Assembly: GCA_002269645.1 (NCBI GenBank)
Contig: NIVC01000104.1
Coordinates: 186,001 to 250,000 of the forward strand
Reading direction: 5' to 3'
From: Macrostomum lignano
Lineage: Eukaryota
DNA length: 64,000 bases
Shown here: in pieces, positions 52,030-62,755 of the stretch
How positions within the stretch are numbered: the first letter of the stretch is position 1
How the letters are laid out: every line of letters starts with the position of its first letter
Translations under genes and position numbers: made by a program
Notes under the pieces: model-generated
Databases searched by the model: none
Seen by the model: only the letters and a program-made list of their open reading frames with translations
What the model was told of the DNA's origin: nothing

Positions 52030-52795
52030 GCTGGTTGCCACATCGCCAATGAAGCTACTTGTCACCTTCCGTTCACTGCAAAACCAACACTTCGACGATT
52101 GCGATCAAACCCTGGAGATAGACGTCTCGGCTGAAGTGAGCCGATGCCTTCAACCATTGGAGACAATTGCTGAAGTTAATAAGTGGGAGGAGGACGTCCT
52201 GAAGACACGCATTCATAGATCAGCTCGGTAAAAAAGCCTTTAACCTGCTGGCCTTACTCCCCACAAACCACAAGACAAGACTTTCGACGAGCTGAACGAA
52301 CTTCTAAAGAATCAAAGTCAGGGCTGGTCTATCGGTACGTCTTTCACTGTCGGAAGCAAGAGGATAGCGAAGACACACCTTACTCCAGAAGGCTTCATCA
52401 GGCGGTCGAGAGCTTCGAATTGACAGGCCTGAACGATAGGCTCCGCCACCAGTTTTTATTTGGCTTGGCCATCAAGTAGATTGTCAGAAAGCTCCTTAAG
52501 GAAAAATTGAAGGACATCACTTGGGAGAAGGTGAAGTCTGGTCAGTGCATGTGAAGCTGTCCCGTGCGGCGAAAGAGAAATGAAAGGTATTGACACTTTG
52601 TTAGTCAATAAGACAACTCCACAATGCAAGCTGGATGCGCGACACAAGGATCACAAAGCATTCCAGTCTCATGGGAAGTTAAATCAATGGAACTTTGGCA
52701 GGGACGGAAGAGAACGGGAAGTGGTGTCGAGTGCACCCAGACTACGCTGGACCTTTCAAGGGACAAGCACCTACTTTAACTCGTTGACGCCTAAA
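52030..52795 (+). mobile_element. Decayed Ty3/gypsy gag-like remnant
   Basis: Fragments such as LNDRLRHQFLFGLA..IVRKLLKEKLKDITWEK resemble gypsy gag (DRLRDQF..GL...LL.E..LTW.K). Multiple stops and frameshifts. Confidence 0.5.
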
Positions 52796-53250
52796 GTAAA
52801 TGGGCCGAGGGACATGTTACATGCTGCGCAGTCGACTACATCGGCAGAAACACTCCAGCAGTAAATGGGCCGATGGACATGTTACATGCTGTGCAGTCGA
52901 CTACATCGGCAGAAACACTCCGGCAGTAAATGGGCCGAGGGACATGTTACATGCTGCGCAGTCGACTACATCGGCAGAAACACTCCGGCAGTAAATGGGC
53001 CGAGGGACATGTTACATGCTGCGCAGTCGACTACATCGGCAGAAATACTCCAGCAGTAAATGGGCCGAGGGACATGTTACATGCTGCGCAGTCGACTACA
53101 TCGGCAGAAACACTCCGGAAAAAATGGGCCGAGGGACATGTTACATGCTGCGCAGTCGACTACATCGGCAGAAACCCTCCGGCAGTAAATGGGCCGATGG
53201 ACATGTTACATGCTGCGCTGTCGAATACATCCGCAGAAACACTCCGGCGC
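52796..53250. repeat. 65-bp tandem repeat, 7 units
   Basis: GTAAATGGGCCGAGGGACATGTTACATGCTGCGCAGTCGACTACATCGGCAGAAACACTCCGGCA at 52796, 52861, 52926, 52991, 53056, 53121, 53186. Confidence 0.95.
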
Positions 53251-54056
53251 TTCCGGAGAACATTTTACTATTATGAATTCTTGGACGGTACCAAGGACTA
53301 TTGGGTAGGAGTGTTAGGCGTCTCATAAAATATCTAGCTCATAAATAAAGCTGCTTGTCACCTTCCGTTCATTGCAAAACTGACAATCCCCAATCTAAAA
53401 TGTCTTACTCAGGTCCAAAACACGCTGGGAAACTTCCGGCCGCACAAAATACAGATAATGAAGCTCAGAGCCCGGGCTGTCGACGAACCGTAGAATCGTG
53501 CCTGTTCTTGCAGGTATGGCACCATACCTCAGCGTGAAATGCGTCAACTACTCGTAGCTGATCCAGGGAGTTAGTCAGAGCTTCCTGTGTCTTAGCGCAA
53601 TACTGCTTGACGGTGTCGACCACTGCCTTACGCAACGCCACTATTTTGCGCTCGGGAGCACTAGACTTGCCCGCGACGCATTTTTCCTGCATTATACTTT
53701 TTCCCCAATGCTTTGTAGCCGTTAATAAGGAGATTTAGCAAATCAAAACGTTCCAGTAGTAACTGAGTTACAATAAATTATTATCTTCAAATAAGCACAA
53801 GTATCAGTTCACTACGCAAAGACTGGACTGGCGACTGGCCGAAATTGAAAATGTTCAATAAGACAAAGCTTAAGGTGCTGCTGAGATCTTAATCTGTGTT
53901 CTCGATGGTATATTTTGTAAAACGGATCAGTCAATACAACCGTGATTTTGCGGTCGGGATTCAAAGTTCAAAGGTCATTTGTGAGTTGTCGTCAGTGTCA
54001 GCGAGTCTCAAGCTCCGATCAAGTAAGCTGGATCTCAGGTGTGGCTATGGTAGCAT

Positions 54057-54245
54057 TTAACCAAGCCTAACCCTGACCCTGACGAACTTCTTGGCGTGGT
54101 CAACGGCCTCCTCCGACATGCTGGACTCGTCCACGTTGGACAGAGCCTCCAGAACGGCCATGGCCTCAGCCTTCTCCTCCTGGGTGGGCACGGCGACAGC
54201 CAGGGCTGCGCACAGCAAAAGTCCGAGAGCGAGTTGCCACTTCAT
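54057..54245 (-). CDS. Secreted prepropeptide FVRVRVRL-G, copy 2; 62 aa
   Basis: Protein identical to copy 1. The only CDS difference is synonymous (Val GTC/GTT). Confidence 0.85.
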   Translation of the reverse strand: MKWQLALGLLLCAALAVAVPTQEEKAEAMAVLEALSNVDESSMSEEAVDHAKKFVRVRVRLG

Positions 54246-55309
54246 GATTGCTTGAGTCGGATCGATTCGAGTGTTTGAGCTGAGTCGAGTCTGAGCTTGT
54301 TATCTTGAGCAGTCGGCAGATGCGAATTTATGCACATCGGATTGGCACGTGTTTCCGGTCGGAGCGGCGACGTTGGTTGAGTTGAAAGCCTTCATGTGAG
54401 CAGGGCGGAGCAGAGACTGCATGGCTTGCTTGTCTGTGAAGATTAGGCAGAATTGGTTTGCTTCATGACAGCTAAGCAATCAAAAGTGTGTCTCACAGAG
54501 TTTTCTCAGTGCAAGTGTATGCAGCTGAATAGTCTATTTGACTCTTATGACCTTTTTATGACTTTGATTGACACTTCGCTAGCTTAATGACAGTCTCTCA
54601 GGTAATTGTGACTAACGGGGTGTGGCATAAATGATGTCAAATGAGCAGTCAAAAAGGAATTTTATTCCGGCTCAGGGATATTTTTGAACTCCACTCCCAA
54701 ACACTAGCGATTGCGCTCACTGGAATGAACAGAGATGGCAACAAAGGCATCCTTGGCAGTTTAAATGACAGTTCAGTGCAACAGTTCAGATACTGTTTTA
54801 CTGCTTGACAATTGCCTTGAGAAGTACAGAGTGCAGTCTATTGGTGGTCGATGCCGAACGCCTTTCAGAAGGCCCTGGGACTGACTCATTGGAGACAAAC
54901 TTGGGTCTGATTTGGCATTGGCACTGACCTCTCCCGGGATGCCCCAGGTCCTGCACACCAAAGATAAACGCATGCAACTACTAAAACAGGTCAATGTGTG
55001 TGTAAATTTAGCTCTGTTCACGGTTCCTTCGGCCACTTGGTCGGGATCAGCACTGTCCGATGCGGCTTGAAATTCGCTGATGGAGCTGCAAACAAACTTC
55101 TTGATAGTTCTGAATTTGTTTCCACGGCATCCATTTCTCGACTTAACTGATTATTTTTGACCTTCATCAATATCAGAGTTTCATCTTTGTCAGATCTGGG
55201 GAGGGTGGCAGAATTTTGAGACTGGCTGGAGAGAGCGAAATCTCGAGGAATTGTACCACACTACCACAATACAACTGGTCTAATCGGCACATCGCAGTCT
55301 TACCCTGAG

Positions 55310-55316
55310 TCTGTCC

Positions 55317-55352
<36 letters not shown>

Positions 55353-55960
55353 TAGTGTCTGTCTGTCTGTCTGTCTTTTTGTCTGTCCAGTCCTGGTCTT
55401 CTAGATTCTGGCCTTTGCGGCAAAGGTAGCTCGAGAACGAATCTCTTTGTTGGTCGTGGTCATTTGCCGCGCCGTGGTTTCAGCCTCAGCAGTCGCAGCA
55501 GCATCTCCAGGGAGCTCCGCCGCTGAACTGCTGGAGCCTCCACCGACCGTCCCGTCTGTTTGCTTCGAGGAGCCGGTTGCTTCAACACCCTTGATGGGCG
55601 CCCCCGCTTTGGCCCCCGCACCTTGGTTTCGATGGCTCCCGTTGGATATGCCAGCAGAGCCGGCCGATCCTTCGGACTGAAGCTGGGGTTTAGAAGGGTC
55701 CCCGTCCCTAGGTAAAGCTTTTTTATCCATAGTCGGTTCGAAGGCCATGATAAATGTTGGTGGGCTACCCTCGAAGGGGCGCAGTACCCTCTTTGCCGCT
55801 CCACCTGACCGGGCGGGCAGTAGGCCAAAATAACCCTAAAGGCTGGCCCGACATCAGGAGGGGGGCCGCTAGCGACCAGACTACTCCCCGGCCTTCCAGC
55901 CCATCGGCTAGGTCAAACACCTTAAGGCATTAGACACTACCACGGCTATCCAATGGTCAG
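55310..55960 (-). mobile_element. Probable internally deleted non-LTR element: GC-rich leader, ORF1-like start and (GACA)n tail
   Basis: Minus strand: GC-rich leader ~55760-55960, ORF 55401-55748 (MAFEPTMDKK..., low complexity, Ala/Gly/Ser-rich), then (GACA)n with CTAA variants like those at 50050-50648. Family assignment is inference. Confidence 0.4.
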
Positions 55961-56149
55961 CAGACTCGTATTCACATAATTTCCCTGTTATCTCTGACCA
56001 AAACTTTCCATTTCTAACAGATAACGAATTCTTACCGTCCATTTCCAATCTACATTCTGCCAGCGGATCTTTTAACAGCACAGACCAATTATACTGAGCC
56101 TAATTTAGCAAAAACCCTCTCGATAGCTGACTCACACCTCCCTATTCTT

Positions 56150-59100
56150 TGTCGCGTATAAAGAACTACGCTCGTATGCCCCTAACAAATATACTCGGAA
56201 AACTGTTTTTGCTCGCTTGCTACTTTTCAACTAGCTACCACTCGCAAGCCGCTTCATTGGTGAGTCCGACGCAGCCATTTCGTGCAATGGCCCCAAAAAT
56301 CGACTCTGCTGTGTCCCCGTAGTTGCCCACGTTTTGGGCGGCCCAGCCTCGAGCCTGCTTTATCCAAGCCGAGGCTCAGTTTACCCAGAGAGGCATCACT
56401 CAGGACAAGACCAAGTACGCCCATCTGGTCGCAGCTCTTGACCAGCAGACAGCAGAGCGCCTCCTCGATGTGCTCGAGGCTCCTCCAGAGGCGAACAAGT
56501 AAAGAAGCTCAGCTAAAGGAGCGCCTCAATAGCACGTTCGATTTGACTCCTCAGCAGCGGGCCAGCCGCCTGCTCAGCATGCCCGGCCTTGGCGACCGGC
56601 GGCCGTCCGAGTTGATAGACGAGATGCTCGCCCTGCTGGAGAACCACCGCCCCTGCCTGCTGTTCGAGGAACTGTTCCGCCAACAGCTGCCACCGGAGGT
56701 ACGCATGGCCATGACAACTGTCAGTTTCGCGGACCCCCGGGCAGCAGCGCAGCAGGCGGACAAGCTCTGGGACAGCCGGCCGGCTGACCGACTTCCTGCG
56801 GCACCACCGCCTGCTGGTGGACCTGTCGCACCGACGCCACCTGGACGCCCGCTCGCTCGCTAGCGTGCACCTGCTGGACGGCGCGGGGCCCGGACTGCAG
56901 CTCGCCGCAGCCGCCGCTGCGGACCCATACAACCAGCTGCTGGCCGAGTTCCCCGCCCTCACCGAGCCCAGTTTCCAGCGGGCTGCGCCACGACACGTGT
57001 TGGAGCACCAAATCCCGACGCAGGGCCCGCCGGACAAGCTGGCGGTGGCCAAGGAGGAGTTCCGGCTCCTGGAGCAGCTCGGCATCGTGCGCCGGTCCAA
57101 CAGCCCGTGGTCCTCGCCGTTGCATATGGTGCCAAAGGCCTCTGGCGGCCCCGCGGCGACTTCAGGCGGCTCAACGATGCCATGGTGCCCGACCGCTACC
57201 CGGTGCCGCACATCCAGGACTTCTCAGCGCGCCTGGCCGGCTGCTCGATCTTCTCCAAGATCGACCTGGTCCGCGGCTACCACCAGGTACCCGTGGCCAC
57301 AGTTGACGTGCCAAGACCGCAGTCACCACCCCGTTTGGCCTCTTCTCGAGTTCCTGCGAATGCTGTTCGGCCTCAAGAACGCCGCCCAGGCCTTCCAGCG
57401 GCTGGTGTACTCCGTCTGCCAAGACCTGGACTTCGTTTTCGACTACATCGACGACTTCCTGGTCGCCAGCCGCAGCCCGCAGCAGCACCTGGAGCACCTG
57501 TGGACGCTGTTCCAGCGCCTGGCCGACAACGGCCTTATCGTCAATCCGGCAAAGTGTGGGTTCGGCCGCAGCGAGATCGACTTCTTCGGCCACCGGATCA
57601 GCGCCCAAGGGGCCGTGCCGCTGCCCGCTAAAGTCGCCAGCGGCACGCTAAGGGCCTGCAGGAGTTCGCCGGCATGGTGAATTTCTACCACCGCTTCGTG
57701 CCGCGCGCCGCCCAGCTGCTGCGCCTCATCCATGCGGCCATGGCCGGCAAGGAGAAGTTCGTCCGGTGGACGCCCGAGCTGACCGCCGCTTTCGACGGAG
57801 CGAAGCGGGCGCTGGCCTCTGCCGCCATGCTGGCGCACCCGCGGCCATACGACGCCTCCGATACCGCAGTCCATGCGGCGCTCGAGCAGCGGGTTGGCGG
57901 CGCCTGACAGCCGTTTGCCTTCTTCAGCCGGCAGCTCCGCCCGCCCGAGCAGAAGTACAGCGCGTTCGACCGCGAGCTGCTCGCCTTGTACCTGGCGGCG
58001 GTTCGCTATTTCCTCGAGGGCCGCACATTCGCTGCTTTCACGGACTACAAGCCACTGGTCACCGCCATGTCCAAGATGTCCGACCCGTGATCCGCCCGGC
58101 AGCAGCGCCACCTGGCCTACGTGTCCAAGTTCACCACGGACATCCAGCACGTGGCGGGCAAGGACAACTCGGTCGCAGACGCGCTGTCCCGCTGCACGGT
58201 CTCTTTGGTGCAGTGGATTTTGCGGCAATGGCCCAGGCACAGGCGGCCGATACGGCCAGTCAGGCCGACGCCAGCATACAACTAGAGCCCGCTGCAGTTC
58301 AGCCCCGGTGTTGCCCTGCTCTGCGACATCTCCACGGGCCGGTCGCGCCCGTTAGTGCCACCGGATTTCCGCCGCAACGTCTTCGACGCCATCCACGGCC
58401 TCGCCCACCCGTCCATCCGCAGCACGCGGCGCCTCGTGGCCGCCAAGTTCGTAGGGGGCCGGCATGAACAAGGACGTCAGCCAGTGGGCCCGGTCCTGCG
58501 TCGCTTGTCAGACGGCCACGGTGCAGCGGCACTTCTCCGCCCCGGTTGGCAATATCCGCGTCCCGGACCAGCGCTTCGCCCAGGTGCACGTCAACCTGGT
58601 GGGGCCGCTGCCTCATGGGGCGGCTGGCCGGACCAGCCTGGGTCAGCGAGCTGCCCTGGGTGCTGCTTGGCATCCGGACGGCCCCTAAGGAGGACCTGCC
58701 GGCCTCGTCGGCCGAGCTGGTCTACGGTGCGCCCCTCTGCGTGCCCGGCGAGTGCCTGCAGCCCAGCCCGCCGCCCGGCGACCACAACCAGTTCCTCGCC
58801 CGGCTCCGCGGTGCCGTCCAGGCATTTCGGCCGACGCTGACGTCCCGTCACGGCAGCCGCCCCACAGCCTGGCCCGCCGCCCTCGACGCCTGCCAGTTCG
58901 TCTTAATCCGGCGCGACGGCCACCGCCCTCCTCTGCAGCGACCTTACGACGGCCCGTTCAAGGTCCTCGAGCGGGACGCCAAAGCTTTCCTGCTGGACCT
59001 GGGCACTCGCCGCGACCAGGTGTCAGTCGAGAGGCTGAAGCCAGTCGTCATCGACGCGGACGACCCAGTCCCGACGCCGGTTTTGCGACCAAGAACTACG

Positions 59101-59209
59101 TATAAAGAATATAAAGAACTACGCTCGTATGCCCCTAACAGATGTACTCGGAAAACTGTTTTTGCTCGCTTGCTACTTTTCAACTAGCTACAGCTCGCAA
59201 GCCGCTTCA
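56150..59209 (+). mobile_element. Degenerate Ty3/gypsy (Mag-like) LTR retrotransposon
   Basis: 100-bp direct repeats 56157-56256 and 59110-59209 (4 mismatches) end in CA, with PBS-like TTGGTGAG after the first. Gag *LPTFW..P..CFIQAEAQF..RGIT; RT SPWSSPLHMVPK and YIDDFLVAS; RNase H DASD...YSAFDRELLA...FTDYKPL; integrase HGLAHP...CVACQ and QRPYDGPFKVL. Many stops and frameshifts. Confidence 0.92.
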
Positions 59210-60329
59210 GTATTGCCAAACTTGACACTTTTACCCATGCAGTATACTAGAAGTAGTGAAGTCCGCATATTTAAGTCCTCATTCACCTAAAGCGCGACAT
59301 GGCGTCTTTTATCATCCACACTTTCAATAGAACTAGAAAGCATTGCCTTCATACAGTCTGGAGGGTCGAACTTAGGGGATGACGCAACCACTACCACCCC
59401 ATTGCTTGGAGAGAGTGAGATTGTACAGCCCGCGAGCCTCTGAAGCATCGCGTCAGTTTTAGTATATTGAGAGATGTACATCTGGAAGTACAAATAGAAA
59501 TTACCACGCTACTTGCATATTTCTTGTCAGTAGTATAGTGACAGTGTCTGTATATGTGTCAGTATAATTTGTTTTTTTGCGAAAAAACATCTAAAAACCA
59601 AGCTCTAAAAATCGCCCTAAGTATTAATAGTGCTGGTGGTGCAGACCTCATACCGGCCCCCACCTGCTGAAGATAGGGGCAGGCGTGAAGCGATCGCAGA
59701 CCGTAGCCCATAGACCTGTCCTGTCTCATACTTCACTGGTGGGCTGAATACGCCTTCGCTAGCGTCTTTCTTTCTCTCTCTCTCTCTGTTTGTCTATCAG
59801 TCTACAAATTTGCAGAGTAAATAAAAAAGATTAATCAAACTAACTTTTTACTCTTCTTCTCAACACCTCGATACCTTATATGACCAGCTGAGTCAATAAC
59901 CTAGCTGAGTGCTCAGTAGGCAATTGCCATGGCAACCGAATTGGCCAACTGTCACAGATACAGCCTCTTGCCAATGCATCGAATCCCTCAAAGCCTCTCA
60001 GCAATCCCAAGTAAGCGCTAAATGAAAATTCGCATTTTACCTATCGGCAGGCGGGGCTGTCCCAGGCTCTCAGAAAAAGCCAATTAAGTTAAAAGTAATT
60101 ATCTGTATACAACTTCTGTTTTAGCATGTGTTGAGGGGTGAAACTGAGTTTTCCCCACCACAGAGGCATCACCATAAAAGTCAGGGGTCTCTTTGAGAAG
60201 ATTAGTCTTGGGCTTGGCCGAAAAAATTCTAACTCTGAATTAATGGTACCCATCAAACAGCTTAGTTGCTAGGATTACTTCGGAAAGAGTCGCTTTTTAA
60301 GAAAAATATTTCAGATATTGTAAATCAAA

Positions 60330-62482
60330 ATGGCACCAATAACTCTTGCCTGTTTCTGCCTGCTGACGATAGGTAAGCTGAAAAGCTCTGTTGCTAAGTC
60401 GCCACCTGCATCCGCTCATCCTAAACCCGCCCCGCCAGTCCCAGCCTCCCTCACGCAGCCGCTCATCCCATACCCGCCCCGCCAGTCCCAGCCTCCCTCA
60501 CGCAGCCGCTCATCCCAAACCCGCCCCACCAGTCCCAGCCTCCCTCACGCAGCCGCTCATCCCAAACCCGCCCCACCAGTCCCAGCCTCCTTCACGCAGC
60601 CGCTCATCCCAAACCCGCCCCGCCAGTCCCAGCCTCCCTCACGCAGCCGCTCATCCTAAACCCGCCCCGCCAGTCCCAGCCTCCCTCACGCAGCCGCTCA
60701 TCCCAAACCCGCCCGCCAGTCCCAGCCTCCCTCACGCAGCCGCTCATCCCAAACCCGCCCCGCCAGTCCCAGCCTCCCTCACGCAGCCGCTCATCCTAAA
60801 CCCGCCCGCCAGTCCCAGCCTCCCTCACGCAGCCGCTCATCCTAAACCCGCCCCGCCAGTCCCAGCCTCCCTCACGCAGCCGCTCATCCTAAACCCGCCC
60901 CGCCAGTCCCAGCCTCCCCCACGCAGCCGCTCATCCTAAACCCGCCCCGCCAGTCCCAGCCTCCCTCACGCAGCCGCTCATCCCAAACCCGCCCCGCCAG
61001 TCCCAGCCTCCCTCACGCAGCCGCTCATCCCAAACCCGCCCCGCCGGTCCCAGCCTCCCTCACACAGGCGCTCGCCAGCTGCAGCCGCTTCATCAACTCC
61101 TCCGGCCCAGTCCTGCTCGACCCGACCGTCAGCAGCCTCATCATCAGCGAGCCCAGCTCAGCCTCCATCCAAGACTGCCTGCTCAGCTGCTGGTCGAGGC
61201 GCTGTGCGGCAGTCAGCCTGCTGCGGGCCAGCCGCGTCTGCCAGCTGCTCTTCGTCGAGGACGCCTCGCGGACTGCCGGACCGCCGGGCAGACACGCGTG
61301 GAGGTCGCTGGGATCCGAGGCCGGCGTCGAGGTGTGGAAGGCGGTCGACATCGACAGCGTCATCGACTCGAGAAGGCTCAACATCACGAAAGAGTTCTCA
61401 AGTGAGACCAGTCCCAATTTCTCATTCTCATGCCAGCTCATTCTCATGCCAGCTCATTCTCATGCCAGCTCACTCCCATGCCAGCTCATTCTCATGCCAG
61501 CTCACTCCCATGCCAGCTCATTCTCATACCAGCTCATTCTCACAGCAACTCAGTTGACCCCACTGACCCTCACTGACTCCCAGACTCGAGCTTGGGCCGC
61601 AGCGGCTCCATCCAGCAGCTGACAGTCGAGCTGACCGGCTGCTACCGAATCGAGGCCCGGGGCGCTGCAGGCGGCTCCAACAGCTTCGCAGGCACAGCTG
61701 GCGGCAGCGGAGCCTCGATGTCAGGCCGCTTCAACCTGACTGCCGGCGTCCGGCTGTCGATTTTGGTCGGTCAGGCCGGCGGACCGGCCGTCAACGTCGA
61801 CTGCGGCGGAGGCGGCGGCGGCGGCAGCTTCGTGTTCGTCGGCGGCGCCGGCGGTCGCCTTCTGGTCGCCGCGGGAGGCGGCGGCGGGGCGTCCTACAGC
61901 CAGTCAGGTGCGAACGGTTCCTCAATGCTGATCGATGCCACAGGTAGGCGCACTGCAGTTGGCTTGTAGATGAGGAACTGGCAAATGTCGCTCTTCAGGA
62001 GTCGCCGGGCAGCAGGGCCCCAATGGCACGGACTCCACCGCCGCCGCCGTGGCTGTGGGCATCGGCGGTGCCAACGGAAATCCCGGCTCCAACAGGCCGC
62101 AGAAAACCTTCCGGTTGGTTAATCACGGTGGCTGCGGCGCCGGCTGGCTGGGCAAGCCGGTCAACGCTCGGCGCAGCGCCAATGACGGAGACGGCGGCGG
62201 CAGCTCTGCCGAAGGCTGGGTCGGCGGCCTCGCTGGCCTGGGAAACACCGGCTTGGGCGGCTTCGGCGGAGGCGGCGGCGCCGGCGGCAGCGGTGAGGGC
62301 CTGATTGGCGCGGGCGGCGCGGGCGGCGGCTTTAGCGGAGGTGGCGCAGGTACCGGCCAGAACCACGCAGGAGGGGCGGCGGCTCCTTCTGCGACGGCTT
62401 CGACTGCAGCGGCGTCACTGGCGGCAACAGCGGCAGCCAGCAGGGCCGGGTGGTGGTGCAGCTGGTGCCGGGGCTGTGCTGA
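60330..62482 (+). CDS. Secreted PAN/Apple + ALK/LTK-like glycine-rich-domain protein; 4 exons, 411 aa if one G is restored at 62373-62376
   Basis: Exons 60330-60372, 61054-61401, 61584-61943, 61999-62482, all phase 1. Signal MAPITLACFCLLTI|ASLTQALA. PAN-like IQDCLLSCWSRRCAAVSL...CQL. Glycine-rich domain GCYRIEARGAAGG...LSILVGQAG...GGGGGSFVF...LLVAAGGGGG...GGFGGGGG, ending GGSFCDGFDCSGVTGGN...GRVVVQL after a -1 shift. Confidence 0.75.
60410..61070. repeat. 47-bp minisatellite in intron 1 of the PAN/Gly-rich gene
   Basis: CCCGCCCCGCCAGTCCCAGCCTCCCTCACGCAGCCGCTCATCCYAAA, about 14 units, some 46 bp. Confidence 0.95.
61420..61560. repeat. Short (CATGCCAGCTCAYTCY)n tandem repeat
   Basis: ~16-bp units in intron 2 of the PAN/Gly-rich gene. 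Confidence 0.85.
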
Positions 62483-62496
62483 GGCAGGCAGTTCAT

Positions 62497-62755
62497 GACA
62501 CTGACATGCCACCTCCTGACACTGACATGCCACCTCCTGACACTGACATGCCACCTCCTGACACTGACATGCCACCTGACACTGACATGCCACCTCCTGA
62601 CACTGACATGCCACCTCCTGACACTGAGCATGAGCCCATCTCCTGACACTGACATGCCACCTCCTGACACTGAGCATGAGGCATGAGCCCACCTCCTGAC
62701 ACTGAGCATGAGCCCACCTCCTGACACTGAGCATGAGCCCACCTCCTGACACTGA
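62497..62755. repeat. 21-bp minisatellite (CTGACACTGACATGCCACCTC) with CATGAGCC variants
   Basis: About 12 units immediately after the stop codon of the PAN/Gly-rich gene. Confidence 0.92.

Noticed and set aside
52796-53250. Regular 65-bp array resembling a CRISPR
   Set aside because: The units are contiguous near-identical copies with no unique spacers, there are no cas genes, and the context is eukaryotic.
53465-53692. 75-aa minus ORF with a CHTCKNRH motif
   Set aside because: A single CxxC-H in TE debris; no partner exons or family motif could be established.
56721-59105. Numerous long GC-rich ORFs on both strands
   Set aside because: Alternative-frame and antisense shadows of the frameshifted gypsy pol.
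59287-59493. 68-aa minus ORF next to the gypsy 3' LTR
   Set aside because: No recognisable domain or splice partners.
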